Origin: Puniceicoccaceae bacterium
Lineage (GTDB): Bacteria > Verrucomicrobiota > Verrucomicrobiia > Opitutales > Oceanipulchritudinaceae
NCBI GenBank assembly: GCA_040830765.1
Contig: JBFOMH010000027.1
Coordinates: forward strand, 1 to 64,000
Reading direction: 5' to 3'
Length of the DNA stretch: 64,000 nt
A program made the translations under genes and the position numbers. Of the stretch, positions 9,247 through 19,433 are shown one piece after another. How positions within the stretch are numbered: position 1 is the stretch's first letter; every line of letters begins with the position of its first letter. Under the pieces are notes generated by a model. That model worked only from the letters and a program-made list of their open reading frames with translations, had not been told where the DNA came from and searched no databases.

Positions 9247-11916
9247 ATGCGTATAATCCTCATAAGCTTGATGTGTATCCCCACAGCCTTGATGGCTGCC
9301 ACCCGGGTTGATTTCTATGATGAGGCATTGCGCATCTTCGGTACCGCTGAAGCGGATGGAGATATCACCCGTAACCGGGCGCTCCAAGGAAACAGAATCC
9401 ATTATCTGAAGAATGGGAACATTTATCCGGACGAGCGCGAGGTTAAGTATTTCGATTTGGACTACACGGACAAGAAGGCGGGAGACTTCTCAGTCCGCTT
9501 TTCGGCTGAGTCGCCTGACCCTGTCGGCGAGCTCGGATTCATGCCTGGGCCTTATCAGAAGACATGGAAGCTGTCGGAAGCATGGAATCTCAAGCTTTGG
9601 TTGAAAGGCCTGGATTCTGTGGATGACGAGCCATGGACCTTTTCATTCCTGGATGATTCAGGCAACCGCGCCAGTGGGAGATTAACCGGATTCTCGGTGA
9701 ATGGGGAATGGCATTCGCTGGTTCTGCCCCTTGGCGATCTCAGGCACAATGGAGAATTCGACTTCGAAAACATTACCTCTTTCCAGATGGAAAACCGTCT
9801 TGGTCCAGATGGAGAGCTTTGGTTCGATGATGTTCGCTTTACTAATCCATCTGGCGGAGTGATCGGAGTGACTGACAAGTCGGTTTCACAGCGCCAGGAG
9901 GAAGCCGCAGGGAGCAGGATGGCGCGCGTTGCGGAGGCTTTCCGGAAATTGACAACCCACACTCCGGAAACGCTGAAATTGAACGATCGTCATGTCTATT
10001 GGCGGGACTATCTCAATCCGCATTTCGCCAAGCTCTGGCTTGGGGAGGATTTGGAAGCCGTCAATGCCGACCTGCTGCGCATCTTTGCGGCGACGGATCC
10101 GGAAGTCCGCAAGATGTACGAACTGGACGGAAAATGGTCGCTCTACTTAACGCCCACCTTGATCCAGCTCTACTACACGTTCGGCAGTAAGGCGAAGCGC
10201 ATGCCCGGTCGCCTCGAGCCGGAAACGGAAAATGCGCTGCTTGAGCTGCTTTGGGAACGGACAAAGATCAAGAATGACATTGCCATAGCCCGGCAAAGCA
10301 CCTGGTGGATGGCTGGGAGCGAGAATCATGACATCAATGCCAATATGGCCAACTTGCTCTCGTCGCAAATTTTCATGAACGAACCGGCCTATGCGGACCG
10401 CATTTATCCCGACCTCGGTTACGGCAGTGGCTATGGATATGGAAATCCGGGGCTTGCACGAAAAACCGGTGGCCGGGCCAATCTAAAGGATGGAAGAGAA
10501 TACAACGCCCGGGACCATTACGAGGCCTGTGTTCGATACTGGATAGAGTGGTTCGAAGAACGCTCCCAGCGGGGCCTCTTTATCGAGGTGAACTCGCGCA
10601 CCTACCAACTCTATTCCCTAGGTTTCCTCCAGTGCATCCTCGATCTTTGCGAGGACCCCGTGGTCCGGTCCAAGGCCCGTAAGTTCTTTGATCTTGTCTG
10701 GCTGGACTGGTCACAGGACCAGATAGGCGGCATGTGGGGTGGGGCAAGGACCCGTAATGGCCTCCCAAATTCCAGCTACTGTGGCATGACCCAGTTTTCC
10801 AAGTTTCTCTTCGGTGGACCGGGGGATGCTGCCCATGGATTCTTTCACCTGCTCCTTTCGGACTATGAGCTGCCGGCCATCGTCTGGGAAATGGCCATGG
10901 ACCGTGAAGGACTTGGATGCTTTGCCTATATCTCCCGTCGGCCCGGGGAGGAAGAGAACCTCTGGCCGCGGCCGCTCGGAAATGAGCGCACCTTGCTGTG
11001 CGATACGGAATCCCGGTTGTTGCGCTACAGCTGGGTGACTCCAGACTACATCATGGGAACGCAAATGGATCACCCCGGTGCCGTGCATAGCCACCTCAGC
11101 ATCAGCCGCCGCCACCACTCGATCATATTTGCCGGGGATCCCTGGTGCCGGGTCATGTCCGGGCCACTGCATTCCGGTGAAGGTGGCCGTTTTATCGGGA
11201 CGTCAACCTTTGATCAAAGCGACCCGGATTCCTGGAGAATGGGAGCGGATCACGCCTACCGGAGTGTGCAATCCCGGAGCGTCCTTATCACCCAGCAAGC
11301 GCGCAACCTGACCCGGGTTTCCCCCGAGTGGTTCCCGGATTACACAATGGAAAACAAGCCCTATGGAATTTTCTTCGATGGGGAGTTCGACCGGTTCGAG
11401 GAAAAGGATGGCTGGATTTTCCTGGCCAAGGGGAACGCCTACTTCGCGGTTCGCGTCGTGGTCAGTTCATTGGATGACGCGTACGCTGTGGTGCGGCCGC
11501 GAGGCGTGCAGGAACCGCCCCTAGGCAAGGATGGCTACGATTGGAACAGCGACCGCTCGATTCTTCGCCTGAAGGGGAACTACAGCCCGATTATTTTCGA
11601 GGCCGGCCGAAAGGCCGACTATGCGACCCTTGAGGCATTCCAGGAGGATGTTTTGGATAATCCACTCCATTTGTATTCAAACCTCGGACCGTCCGAATTG
11701 GGCTTCTTCACGCTCATCTACACGGGCTGCGGGGAGGATGCCGAGGAAATCGTCTTTAATGCCGCTAACAGTGAAATACCAACTGTGGGCGGGGAATATA
11801 TCGACTATGCACCTCCGAAATTGTTCGATAGTCCGTATCTGGAATCTGACTACAAAAGTGGTGCGATCAAAGCCAGTAAGGGAACTTCCAGACTGAATCT
11901 GAACTTCAATGATTAA
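9247..11916 (+). CDS. Secreted SENH-family protein, paralog 3 (N-terminal CBM-like module + putative lyase)
   Basis: 889 aa; N-terminal module with 'WHSLVLPL..L' and 'WFDDVRF'; GSENHDI, FIEVNSRTY, VHSHLS. Confidence 0.6.
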   Translation: MRIILISLMCIPTALMAATRVDFYDEALRIFGTAEADGDITRNRALQGNRIHYLKNGNIYPDEREVKYFDLDYTDKKAGDFSVRFSAESPDPVGELGFMPGPYQKTWKLSEAWNLKLWLKGLDSVDDEPWTFSFLDDSGNRASGRLTGFSVNGEWHSLVLPLGDLRHNGEFDFENITSFQMENRLGPDGELWFDDVRFTNPSGGVIGVTDKSVSQRQEEAAGSRMARVAEAFRKLTTHTPETLKLNDRHVYWRDYLNPHFAKLWLGEDLEAVNADLLRIFAATDPEVRKMYELDGKWSLYLTPTLIQLYYTFGSKAKRMPGRLEPETENALLELLWERTKIKNDIAIARQSTWWMAGSENHDINANMANLLSSQIFMNEPAYADRIYPDLGYGSGYGYGNPGLARKTGGRANLKDGREYNARDHYEACVRYWIEWFEERSQRGLFIEVNSRTYQLYSLGFLQCILDLCEDPVVRSKARKFFDLVWLDWSQDQIGGMWGGARTRNGLPNSSYCGMTQFSKFLFGGPGDAAHGFFHLLLSDYELPAIVWEMAMDREGLGCFAYISRRPGEEENLWPRPLGNERTLLCDTESRLLRYSWVTPDYIMGTQMDHPGAVHSHLSISRRHHSIIFAGDPWCRVMSGPLHSGEGGRFIGTSTFDQSDPDSWRMGADHAYRSVQSRSVLITQQARNLTRVSPEWFPDYTMENKPYGIFFDGEFDRFEEKDGWIFLAKGNAYFAVRVVVSSLDDAYAVVRPRGVQEPPLGKDGYDWNSDRSILRLKGNYSPIIFEAGRKADYATLEAFQEDVLDNPLHLYSNLGPSELGFFTLIYTGCGEDAEEIVFNAANSEIPTVGGEYIDYAPPKLFDSPYLESDYKSGAIKASKGTSRLNLNFND

Positions 11917-11935
11917 CCCACTACCCCGGACAGCC

Positions 11936-13228
11936 ATGCAGACGAAATTGAAATCCGTTTATCTTCTTCCCGTAATCCTGGCCGGAATATTTGCCGGGAA
12001 TCGCGCCTTTACGGATCAGGTCATTCCAAAGGAATGGATCGATGTGGACACCGGCCATCGGGTGATACGGCTATCCGAAAATGCGGGAACTGCTTCCTTC
12101 TACTTTCACCAGAACGCCTACAGCGGAGAGGGTGACAAGGTTGTTGTAACAATGCCGGGAGGCATTGGCACTATCGACCTTGAAACACATGAGAACAGGC
12201 TGCTGGTTGAAAAACCCCGCGCTCGAACCCTTGTGGTCGGAAAGTTGAGCCGGTCTATTTATTACACCCTCGAGGAGGAGGGAGTCATTACAGTATATGC
12301 GGCCCACCTGGATTCCGGCGAGATTCGCCGGATAGCCGAGCTCCCCGGGCAGGCAATGGTCTACTCACTTAATGCTGACGAGACACTATTACTTGGAAGT
12401 TTGTATGAAGCTACTCCGGAAGAAGTTGCGGCTGGTCGACACCGGGTGAGTGATCGCGAATTCAACCCACAGACGGGACAGCGTCTTACTTATCAGGAGC
12501 AAAGGGAATGGGGCTTTAAGAAACGGCTCGATACCCGTCTGCCCATGGCAATGTTTGTGATTGATACGGCAACCGGTGAGGTTTGCATAGTCCACCGGGC
12601 AACCGACTGGCTGAATCACTTGCAGTTTTCTCCAACTGATCCTGAGCGTATCCTGTTCTGTCACGAGGGGCCATGGCACATGGTGGATAGGCTTTGGACG
12701 ATAAAGACCGATGGTTCTGACCTCCGCAAGTTGCACGAGAGGACGATGAACATGGAGATCTGGGGTCATGAGTTCTTCAGTCCGGATGGCAAAACGGTGT
12801 GGTATGACCTGCAGCGTCCCCGCGGGGAAGTCTTCTGGCTGGCAAGTGTGGACCTCGAAACCGGTAAACGCACCTGGTATGCCCATGAGCGAAATGAGTG
12901 GTCCTGTCATTACAACATTTCTCCAGACATGAGCATATTTGCGGGTGACGGAGGAGACGCGGACATGGTTGCGCACGCACCAGACGGGAAGTGGATTTAC
13001 CTCTTTCGCCCGACGGCTATCCCGGACACCGCCGGAATGCCTTCCCCGAATTCAGAGGACCTCATCCATCCGGGCCGACTTATCGCGGAGAAGCTAGTCA
13101 ACATGAAGGACCACGATTACAAACTGGAGCCCAACGTTACGTTTACGCCCGATGGTAAATGGATTGTCTTCAGGTCAAACATGCATGGTGAAGTACACAC
13201 TTACGCTGTGGAAGTTGACCTCAATTAA
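11936..13228 (+). CDS. ogl: Oligogalacturonate lyase family protein (PL22), secreted
   Basis: DTGHRVIRLS, SFYFHQNAY, WLNHLQFSP, LFCHEGPWH, GHEFFS motifs; signal peptide. Confidence 0.85.
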   Translation: MQTKLKSVYLLPVILAGIFAGNRAFTDQVIPKEWIDVDTGHRVIRLSENAGTASFYFHQNAYSGEGDKVVVTMPGGIGTIDLETHENRLLVEKPRARTLVVGKLSRSIYYTLEEEGVITVYAAHLDSGEIRRIAELPGQAMVYSLNADETLLLGSLYEATPEEVAAGRHRVSDREFNPQTGQRLTYQEQREWGFKKRLDTRLPMAMFVIDTATGEVCIVHRATDWLNHLQFSPTDPERILFCHEGPWHMVDRLWTIKTDGSDLRKLHERTMNMEIWGHEFFSPDGKTVWYDLQRPRGEVFWLASVDLETGKRTWYAHERNEWSCHYNISPDMSIFAGDGGDADMVAHAPDGKWIYLFRPTAIPDTAGMPSPNSEDLIHPGRLIAEKLVNMKDHDYKLEPNVTFTPDGKWIVFRSNMHGEVHTYAVEVDLN

Positions 13229-13243
13229 CACGGTTTCAGAGGC

Positions 13244-14323
13244 ATGAAAGCAGCGAATTTGCGCAGCGACATCGATGAGGTGATGGACCGGATTATCCGG
13301 TTTTCCACGAACGGGAGAGTGGGCGAGGCGCTGGTCATGGTAGACGCTTCTTTTGGTAGTGACCGGAAAAACATCAAGGGGCTGGATCAGTGGCGGTTTC
13401 CTGAGGAAATGGAAGCCTACCTGGAGCAAAGCATCCAGAGCTTGGAGGAGACATGGGCCCGGCGAACAGGGATTGCGGATGATTTGATCCCGGCGGGGTA
13501 CGCCTGGTACGGCATTGCTGAGCACTCTGCCTTCGTTGCCGGGGAGGTGGGCTTCGGAACGGACACCAGTTGGCCGCATCCAGTGCTTAACGATTACGCT
13601 GATCTGGATAAGCTGAAACTGGATGAAGACAATATCTGGCTACGCATGGTCATTGACGGGATGAAGTATCTCCAGGAGCGCAGCGAGGGGCGGTTTGCCG
13701 TCAAGCTGAGGGGCGCAATGGCCCCGATGGATCTGGCCAATGCCCTGCGGGGGAACGACCTCTTTCTGGATATCTATGAGAATCCGGACGAGCTGCATGC
13801 GCTTCTGCGCTTCTGTGTTGAAGCCGGTAAGTGGTTTACCTCCCGGCAGAGCCAGGCGATCGATACTTTCCATGGAGGCTATATCAGCGGCACGGATATC
13901 TGGATGCCGGGTAATGCGTTTGGTCATCTTTCGGAAGATGCATCCGTGATGTGTTCCGCCGAGACCTACCGTGAATTCGGCAAGCCCTACACGGAGGCCC
14001 TGCTGGAGCCTTTTGACCGGGCCTTCATGCATCTGCATACCGCTGGTGTCCAGGCCTTTGAGGCCGTCACTGAGTTGGATAAGCTGCAGTTCTTTGAGCT
14101 GGCGCCCGATCCAAAACAGCCAAGGGGTGTCGAGGTCTACCGGAATCACTTCGATCTGTTTAAAGACAGCGTCATGAAACTTTTTATTACCTTTGACGAA
14201 ATCAAGGAGAATATCGCCTTCCTCAAACAGGCCAAGACAGCGCTGGTCGTCGATACGTCCAGTGCTGAAGAGGCTCAAGCCGTGGTGGATTTTGTCCGAC
14301 AAGAATTTCCTATCGATGAATAA
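13244..14323 (+). CDS. Uroporphyrinogen decarboxylase/cobalamin-methyltransferase-like (URO-D fold) protein
   Basis: PMDLANALRGNDLFLDIYENPD..HALL, SEDASVMCS..Y.EFGKPY, FMHLH. Confidence 0.75.
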   Translation: MKAANLRSDIDEVMDRIIRFSTNGRVGEALVMVDASFGSDRKNIKGLDQWRFPEEMEAYLEQSIQSLEETWARRTGIADDLIPAGYAWYGIAEHSAFVAGEVGFGTDTSWPHPVLNDYADLDKLKLDEDNIWLRMVIDGMKYLQERSEGRFAVKLRGAMAPMDLANALRGNDLFLDIYENPDELHALLRFCVEAGKWFTSRQSQAIDTFHGGYISGTDIWMPGNAFGHLSEDASVMCSAETYREFGKPYTEALLEPFDRAFMHLHTAGVQAFEAVTELDKLQFFELAPDPKQPRGVEVYRNHFDLFKDSVMKLFITFDEIKENIAFLKQAKTALVVDTSSAEEAQAVVDFVRQEFPIDE

Positions 14324-17240
14324 CTCCTGCAAATCTCTCCTGTCAGCGGTCGCGCTGCTGTATCTGTTAACGGTTGGTGCCCGGGCACAAGTCCCGATTC
14401 CCGCAGAATACATCAGCGTCGGGGACTATTCGGGTACGGCGAACCAGCGGATCAGTGCTGCCATTGCAGCTGCTGGGGCCACAGATCACAAGACTGTGTT
14501 TTTCCCGAACGGTACCTATGCCTTGCAGAGTACCATTAATCTGAATCAAGGGGCAACCACCGAACTGTACCTAATCGGGGAGAGCCGGGAGGGTGTGTTC
14601 CTGATTCCGGATATCCCGTACCTTGAGGCAAACTACAATGGTGGGGACTGGCAAAATGGGGGCGCAAGGCTGGCGCACATGATGAACCTGAGCAGCGGCT
14701 CAGTTTTTACTTCCGTTGACGTGTCCATCCAGAACATGACCATCGATATGAGGCATCAGTTGGTGATGGGCGAGGAAACCATAACCTATAACGTCGTCGG
14801 CCACGGGATTCGGATCGGTCAAGGATGGCAGGCAGGGCAATTCACCGTCAATCATGTGACCATCCGGAATGTAGGCAGCTATGGCGTCGGGATACAGGAC
14901 CGGGATGGTCATCCCAAAAACAACATCACACTGACCAATCTACACCTTGAGCGTGTCGGGTCAGACGGTATCGACACAAAGGAAGCGAGTGGGGATGGTA
15001 ACCGGAATCTGGTCATCCGGAACGTGAGTATAAACGAAGTCGGATTCCTCGACACCGGAGCTGCACCTGGCATTGATTTGAGGTATCGCGACGTAATTAT
15101 TGAGAATGTGAATCTCGTCTCACGGGCATCGCGGTCAACTCTTCCGGGACAAACATCCAGCGTCACCGGAATCAACTTCAGGCCGTGGGATGGCGGTCTC
15201 GGTGTAGTGGGAGCAACTGTCTCGAATGTCTACATCAGGGGCTCTGCAAGAGGCATTCGTATACATGCAGCGGATGACACACCACACCAGAACATCGCGA
15301 TTAGTGATTTCAAGATTCAAGGCCAAATAGGTACGGGCGTTGATATATTAGGAACCAACCATTCGGGCCATACTATCTCGGACGGATACGTGGACCCGGC
15401 TTTTGGGGGCGCAGCTGTCAGTACAAATGGTCAAGCTGTCGTTAGCAATGTGGTTGCTGGTCGCTGGGACCCAGCGTTGACCCCGCTTACCGACACGACA
15501 TTTGAGCGCAACGTTTCGTTCGCCGGCGAAACCTATAGCCCTGCATGGATCGGTATGGTCGGCTCCGAGCGGGTGAGTCTGAATCCGACCTCTCCCAGCG
15601 CGGGACTATTCGCTTTCGATGTTGGTGAGGGGGGCCTTATGCGGATCGATTATGACGGACTCTATAACGGGATGGACAAGCTAATTGTTGAGGGAACGCT
15701 CAACCTTGATGGCGAGTTGGTCATCAACATTATTGGCGGCTCGCCTGCCACCGGTGGAACATTTCAAATCTTCGAAGCCGATGCCATCACCGGTTCCTTC
15801 GACACCATCACACTGCCTACGGTTTTAGGATTGACCTGGTTTACGGACAACCTGTCGACAGATGGAACGATCAGTCTGCTTTCAGAGACGCAAGCCCCGA
15901 CGATCAGTACCCTGAGTCCGGCCGACAATGCAACAGATGTAATAGCTTCCGCCAACCTTGTGGCGACCTTCCATAAACCGGTGCAGGCAGGAACCGGTTT
16001 TATTACTATCCGGAAACTCATCGATGACAGTATCGTCTCCCTTATTGACGTAACCAATGCGGACATTGTCACCTTCAATGGTACCCAGATGACGATTGAT
16101 CCCAGTGTTGATTTTAATTTCGAAACCAGTTATTACGTCACGATCGATGCCACCGCTGTGAAAGACCTTGACGGCAATGCCTTTGCGGGAATCTCTGGAA
16201 CCTCGTCGTGGAATTTCACTACAGGCACCGCGGTCAAGATTGTCCAGATCAACTCCGCCTCCAAAGTAGTCGCAGAAAGCCTTTCCAGTAGCTCCACCGC
16301 GCTCCTGTTTGATGCCGGCCAATTTGCTGATACGTTGGTCGTCGCGTTGAGCAGTGAGAAAAGCGGTGGTGACTATTCGGTTATGTATGATGGACATCCC
16401 TTGAGCGCTGCGGTGCTGGGCGGCCAGGCCGATATCTGGTATCTGGATTTGGGCACGACCTCCTATTCCGGTGGTAATGCCGAAATTGTCATCGATTATT
16501 CCGAAATAACAACGGTTAACGGCGTTGGTATAGGGGCAGTGTCGATTAGCTCTGAAGGCAAGCCGATCCAGTTGCACACAACTGCGATTAGTGCAGCAGG
16601 AGCAGATTCGGTAAACCTGACCACTACCTTGGATGGGGCCTTTGTCATGGTCTGCTTTAACGCAAACCGTGGAGGATCAATTACCGGGGATACGCTTCTG
16701 ACCCCGATCTATGAAAGTGGCGATACCGGATCAGCCCAGGGGGCTGCGGGGTATGAAACGGATGTTGCCGCAGGAGACCATACCTACTCATGGACGGTGA
16801 CTAATCCGCGCAAGGTAACGGCAGCCTCCTTTGTGATTGCCAATGATTACGCCAACTGGATCGCTGAGTATAGCTTGGAGGGGTACACCGATCTGACCGA
16901 TGATCCGGACGGGGACCGGATTCCCAATGGTCTCGAGGCATTGTTCGGGACTCATCCAGGCCAACCTTCACAGGGACTCGACAATTTCACGGCTGATGGC
17001 ACCACCCTATCCTTTGCCCACCCGCATAATGAAAATCCGCCCGTTGACTTAAGCCTCTTATACAGGTGGTCGACCAACCTGCAGGACTGGTATGAGTGCG
17101 ATGGTGTGGATGGACCTCCCGGTGGTACAACCCTGAGTGCCATAATCGAGACTGCGGATATGACCACCACTGTAACCGCTGATGCCAGCGAACCCATGGA
17201 ACATCTATTTTTGCGTGCCAGGGTGATTCAAGAGCAGTAA
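14316..17240 (+). CDS. Large secreted multidomain protein: right-handed beta-helix (Pectate_lyase_3-like) + Ig-like (Big_5) + Verrucomicrobia-type C-terminal domain
   Basis: 'ISAAIAAA...TVFFPNGTY' beta-helix start with repeated NVTI/NITL/NVSI rungs; 'TQAPTISTLSPADNAT' Big_5; 'DDPDGDRIPNGLEALFGTHP...LFLRARV' tail. Confidence 0.7.
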   Translation: MNNSCKSLLSAVALLYLLTVGARAQVPIPAEYISVGDYSGTANQRISAAIAAAGATDHKTVFFPNGTYALQSTINLNQGATTELYLIGESREGVFLIPDIPYLEANYNGGDWQNGGARLAHMMNLSSGSVFTSVDVSIQNMTIDMRHQLVMGEETITYNVVGHGIRIGQGWQAGQFTVNHVTIRNVGSYGVGIQDRDGHPKNNITLTNLHLERVGSDGIDTKEASGDGNRNLVIRNVSINEVGFLDTGAAPGIDLRYRDVIIENVNLVSRASRSTLPGQTSSVTGINFRPWDGGLGVVGATVSNVYIRGSARGIRIHAADDTPHQNIAISDFKIQGQIGTGVDILGTNHSGHTISDGYVDPAFGGAAVSTNGQAVVSNVVAGRWDPALTPLTDTTFERNVSFAGETYSPAWIGMVGSERVSLNPTSPSAGLFAFDVGEGGLMRIDYDGLYNGMDKLIVEGTLNLDGELVINIIGGSPATGGTFQIFEADAITGSFDTITLPTVLGLTWFTDNLSTDGTISLLSETQAPTISTLSPADNATDVIASANLVATFHKPVQAGTGFITIRKLIDDSIVSLIDVTNADIVTFNGTQMTIDPSVDFNFETSYYVTIDATAVKDLDGNAFAGISGTSSWNFTTGTAVKIVQINSASKVVAESLSSSSTALLFDAGQFADTLVVALSSEKSGGDYSVMYDGHPLSAAVLGGQADIWYLDLGTTSYSGGNAEIVIDYSEITTVNGVGIGAVSISSEGKPIQLHTTAISAAGADSVNLTTTLDGAFVMVCFNANRGGSITGDTLLTPIYESGDTGSAQGAAGYETDVAAGDHTYSWTVTNPRKVTAASFVIANDYANWIAEYSLEGYTDLTDDPDGDRIPNGLEALFGTHPGQPSQGLDNFTADGTTLSFAHPHNENPPVDLSLLYRWSTNLQDWYECDGVDGPPGGTTLSAIIETADMTTTVTADASEPMEHLFLRARVIQEQ

Positions 17241-17312
17241 CTTTACATTAAATGACAAATGAGTGACCCATCCTTCGATCAAAGAACCTGTCAAGAAGTC
17301 TCAGGAACCAGA

Positions 17313-19256
17313 ATGTTGCAATTCAGGCTACAAAAGAGATTTCGCCTAATTACCTTTGCATTACTGGTTTTATCGACTGGCGGTGCTCAAGCCACAAGTC
17401 CGGAGGCTATTTTGGCTGGCTTTGAGGAGCGCGTTGACAGGGTCTACCGTGCCGAGGCGGGCAAGCCACTGGTCCGGGCCGAAAAGAGAGCCCCCTTGAG
17501 TCCCGGGCGCGGTATGTTTGTCCGGGCCTACTCATTCTCCATCGTGTCATTTGCCGCCCGTTGCCTGTATCTGAATGAAATGCTGGACGAGGCCAATGCG
17601 GCCTTGGTGGAAAACGCTCAGTACTACCTCGACCATGAACCAACTATCGCTGACCGGGACAGTTTTCACTGGCATGCGGACATCGTGATGCGGCTGATCG
17701 AGCTCTACGGGAGCGAAGGCCGCCTGCATCCGGGACGCATCACCAGGGAGACCGAGGATATTCTTCTGAAGCCCATCTGGATATACGCCAACCGCTGTTA
17801 CTGGCCGGAAAAATCGGATATCGAGAATTCAAAAACCTGGCACCTCTTTTCATCCGAGAACCATCACGTGATGGACTTCACCGTCATCTGGCATTTCTGT
17901 AAACTTGCCAAGGACCGTCCCGAATACCGCGACCGTCAATTCATGCACAGTGGCGGGACACCAGTGGAAATCTATGAAGCGTTCAACCGTTACTTCATCG
18001 AATACTGCCGCGAGCGCTCCCGCAAGGGACAGAACGTGGAAATGATGAGTGACGGGTATAACACAGCCCGCAACCGTGGCATCTACAATTTCTACGACTT
18101 TGGAAATCCGGAAGTGAAGCGAATGGCGGGGATGTTCCTCGATTTGTACTTCGCCTACTGGGCACAGGAACAGATCGACGGGATTTCCGGCGGAGGCAAG
18201 GCACGGATAAATTTTGAACGGGGATTCAGTCGTTACCGGGACGTTGGCTATGCCCCCGTTGTGTGGTATTACTTCGGTATCGGGCAACAGCCGGCCTTGA
18301 AGGCATTCGAAGTGAATTTGTCACTCAGCGACTACCGTCCGCCGGCAGTTGTCGCGGATATCGCCCTTGATGTGGAAGGCCGTGGCCGCTACGAAGTGCG
18401 GCAGCGGATCCAGGGTCTGGGCAAGCAGGGGCATACCTTTCCCAAGTTTGACAAGCGGGACGAACCGCCGAACAAGCTCCGCACGGATGGAGGCGGCATC
18501 CTGCGCTACACCTTTTGCGATCCCGCGTTTGTCATGGGCACGCCGATGACGGAGGCACGTCCGATGGAGGACTGGGTCTGGCTCAGTGCCCAGAATCGCT
18601 GGCAGGGAGTCGTCTTCCCGGATGAGCATGATGCCCGCATCATCCCGATTGTGCGTCCTGCGGACAGCTGGCGGGCCATGAACGCCCAGTGGTCCGTCCA
18701 GAGCATGGGCACCCTCATCACACAGAAGCTCAAATACCACGATGGTGCTGCGGAAATGATAGTCTGGATGACCGAAGAGGTGTTTTCTGATCCGGAGGAA
18801 GTGGGGGATGTGGTCTTTGTGGAGTCCGGGACCGCCTATGCAGCCATCCGCGTACCCCAAGGCGGTTACACATGGCACCATGGCCCATTTGTAACGCATA
18901 CCGAAACAGGTGTCCGCAAGACACGGCCGGGCAGGGCGATGCTGCTGAACGAAGAGTTTGCCCCGGTCATCCTCGAAGTGATGGCAAAACGGGATGTGAA
19001 GGATTTTGCCGCATTCAAGGATCTGGTCCTTGCCCGGGAACCGGTGATGGATGGCCCCGTCCTGAAGTATCTTTCCATTTATGGCGATGAACTGGCTTTT
19101 GATACCAGCTTTGAGCAAGTGCCCGCCATCAATGGAATACCGGTTGATTTTGAACCTGTAAAGGTTCTCGAGAGCCCCTTCTTGAATGCCGATTACGATA
19201 GCGGCATTGTCGAAATCACGAAAGACAACCGCCGTCTGGTCCTGGATTTTAACTAA
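17313..19256 (+). CDS. Secreted SENH-family protein, paralog 4 (divergent)
   Basis: SSENHH, NVEMMSDGY, SGGGKAR, LSAQNRWQG, C-terminal ESPFLNADYDSG...LVLDFN; ORF could start at 17259. Confidence 0.55.
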   Translation: MLQFRLQKRFRLITFALLVLSTGGAQATSPEAILAGFEERVDRVYRAEAGKPLVRAEKRAPLSPGRGMFVRAYSFSIVSFAARCLYLNEMLDEANAALVENAQYYLDHEPTIADRDSFHWHADIVMRLIELYGSEGRLHPGRITRETEDILLKPIWIYANRCYWPEKSDIENSKTWHLFSSENHHVMDFTVIWHFCKLAKDRPEYRDRQFMHSGGTPVEIYEAFNRYFIEYCRERSRKGQNVEMMSDGYNTARNRGIYNFYDFGNPEVKRMAGMFLDLYFAYWAQEQIDGISGGGKARINFERGFSRYRDVGYAPVVWYYFGIGQQPALKAFEVNLSLSDYRPPAVVADIALDVEGRGRYEVRQRIQGLGKQGHTFPKFDKRDEPPNKLRTDGGGILRYTFCDPAFVMGTPMTEARPMEDWVWLSAQNRWQGVVFPDEHDARIIPIVRPADSWRAMNAQWSVQSMGTLITQKLKYHDGAAEMIVWMTEEVFSDPEEVGDVVFVESGTAYAAIRVPQGGYTWHHGPFVTHTETGVRKTRPGRAMLLNEEFAPVILEVMAKRDVKDFAAFKDLVLAREPVMDGPVLKYLSIYGDELAFDTSFEQVPAINGIPVDFEPVKVLESPFLNADYDSGIVEITKDNRRLVLDFN

Positions 19257-19313
19257 ATAGTTTTGCACTTTTTGAATGGGGCGTCCGGGCGTCATCTTTT
19301 CCAGCGGCATCAT

Positions 19314-19326
19314 TCAAACGGTCAGA
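19314..19326. promoter_or_regulatory. Putative operator TCAAACGGTCAGA (copy 3, degenerate)
   Basis: In the gap before paralog 5, 107 bp from the ATG (copy 2 is 108 bp from paralog 2); followed by ATT like copy 4. Confidence 0.45.
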
Positions 19327-19433
19327 ATTTATATCATTGGACCTGTTGTTCGCTGAAATTCATACCTCAAGGAACCTTGGCTGCAGATTTTGGCAGTCTG
19401 CGGACTACTCCTTACCCTGAGGGAAGCAAGATC

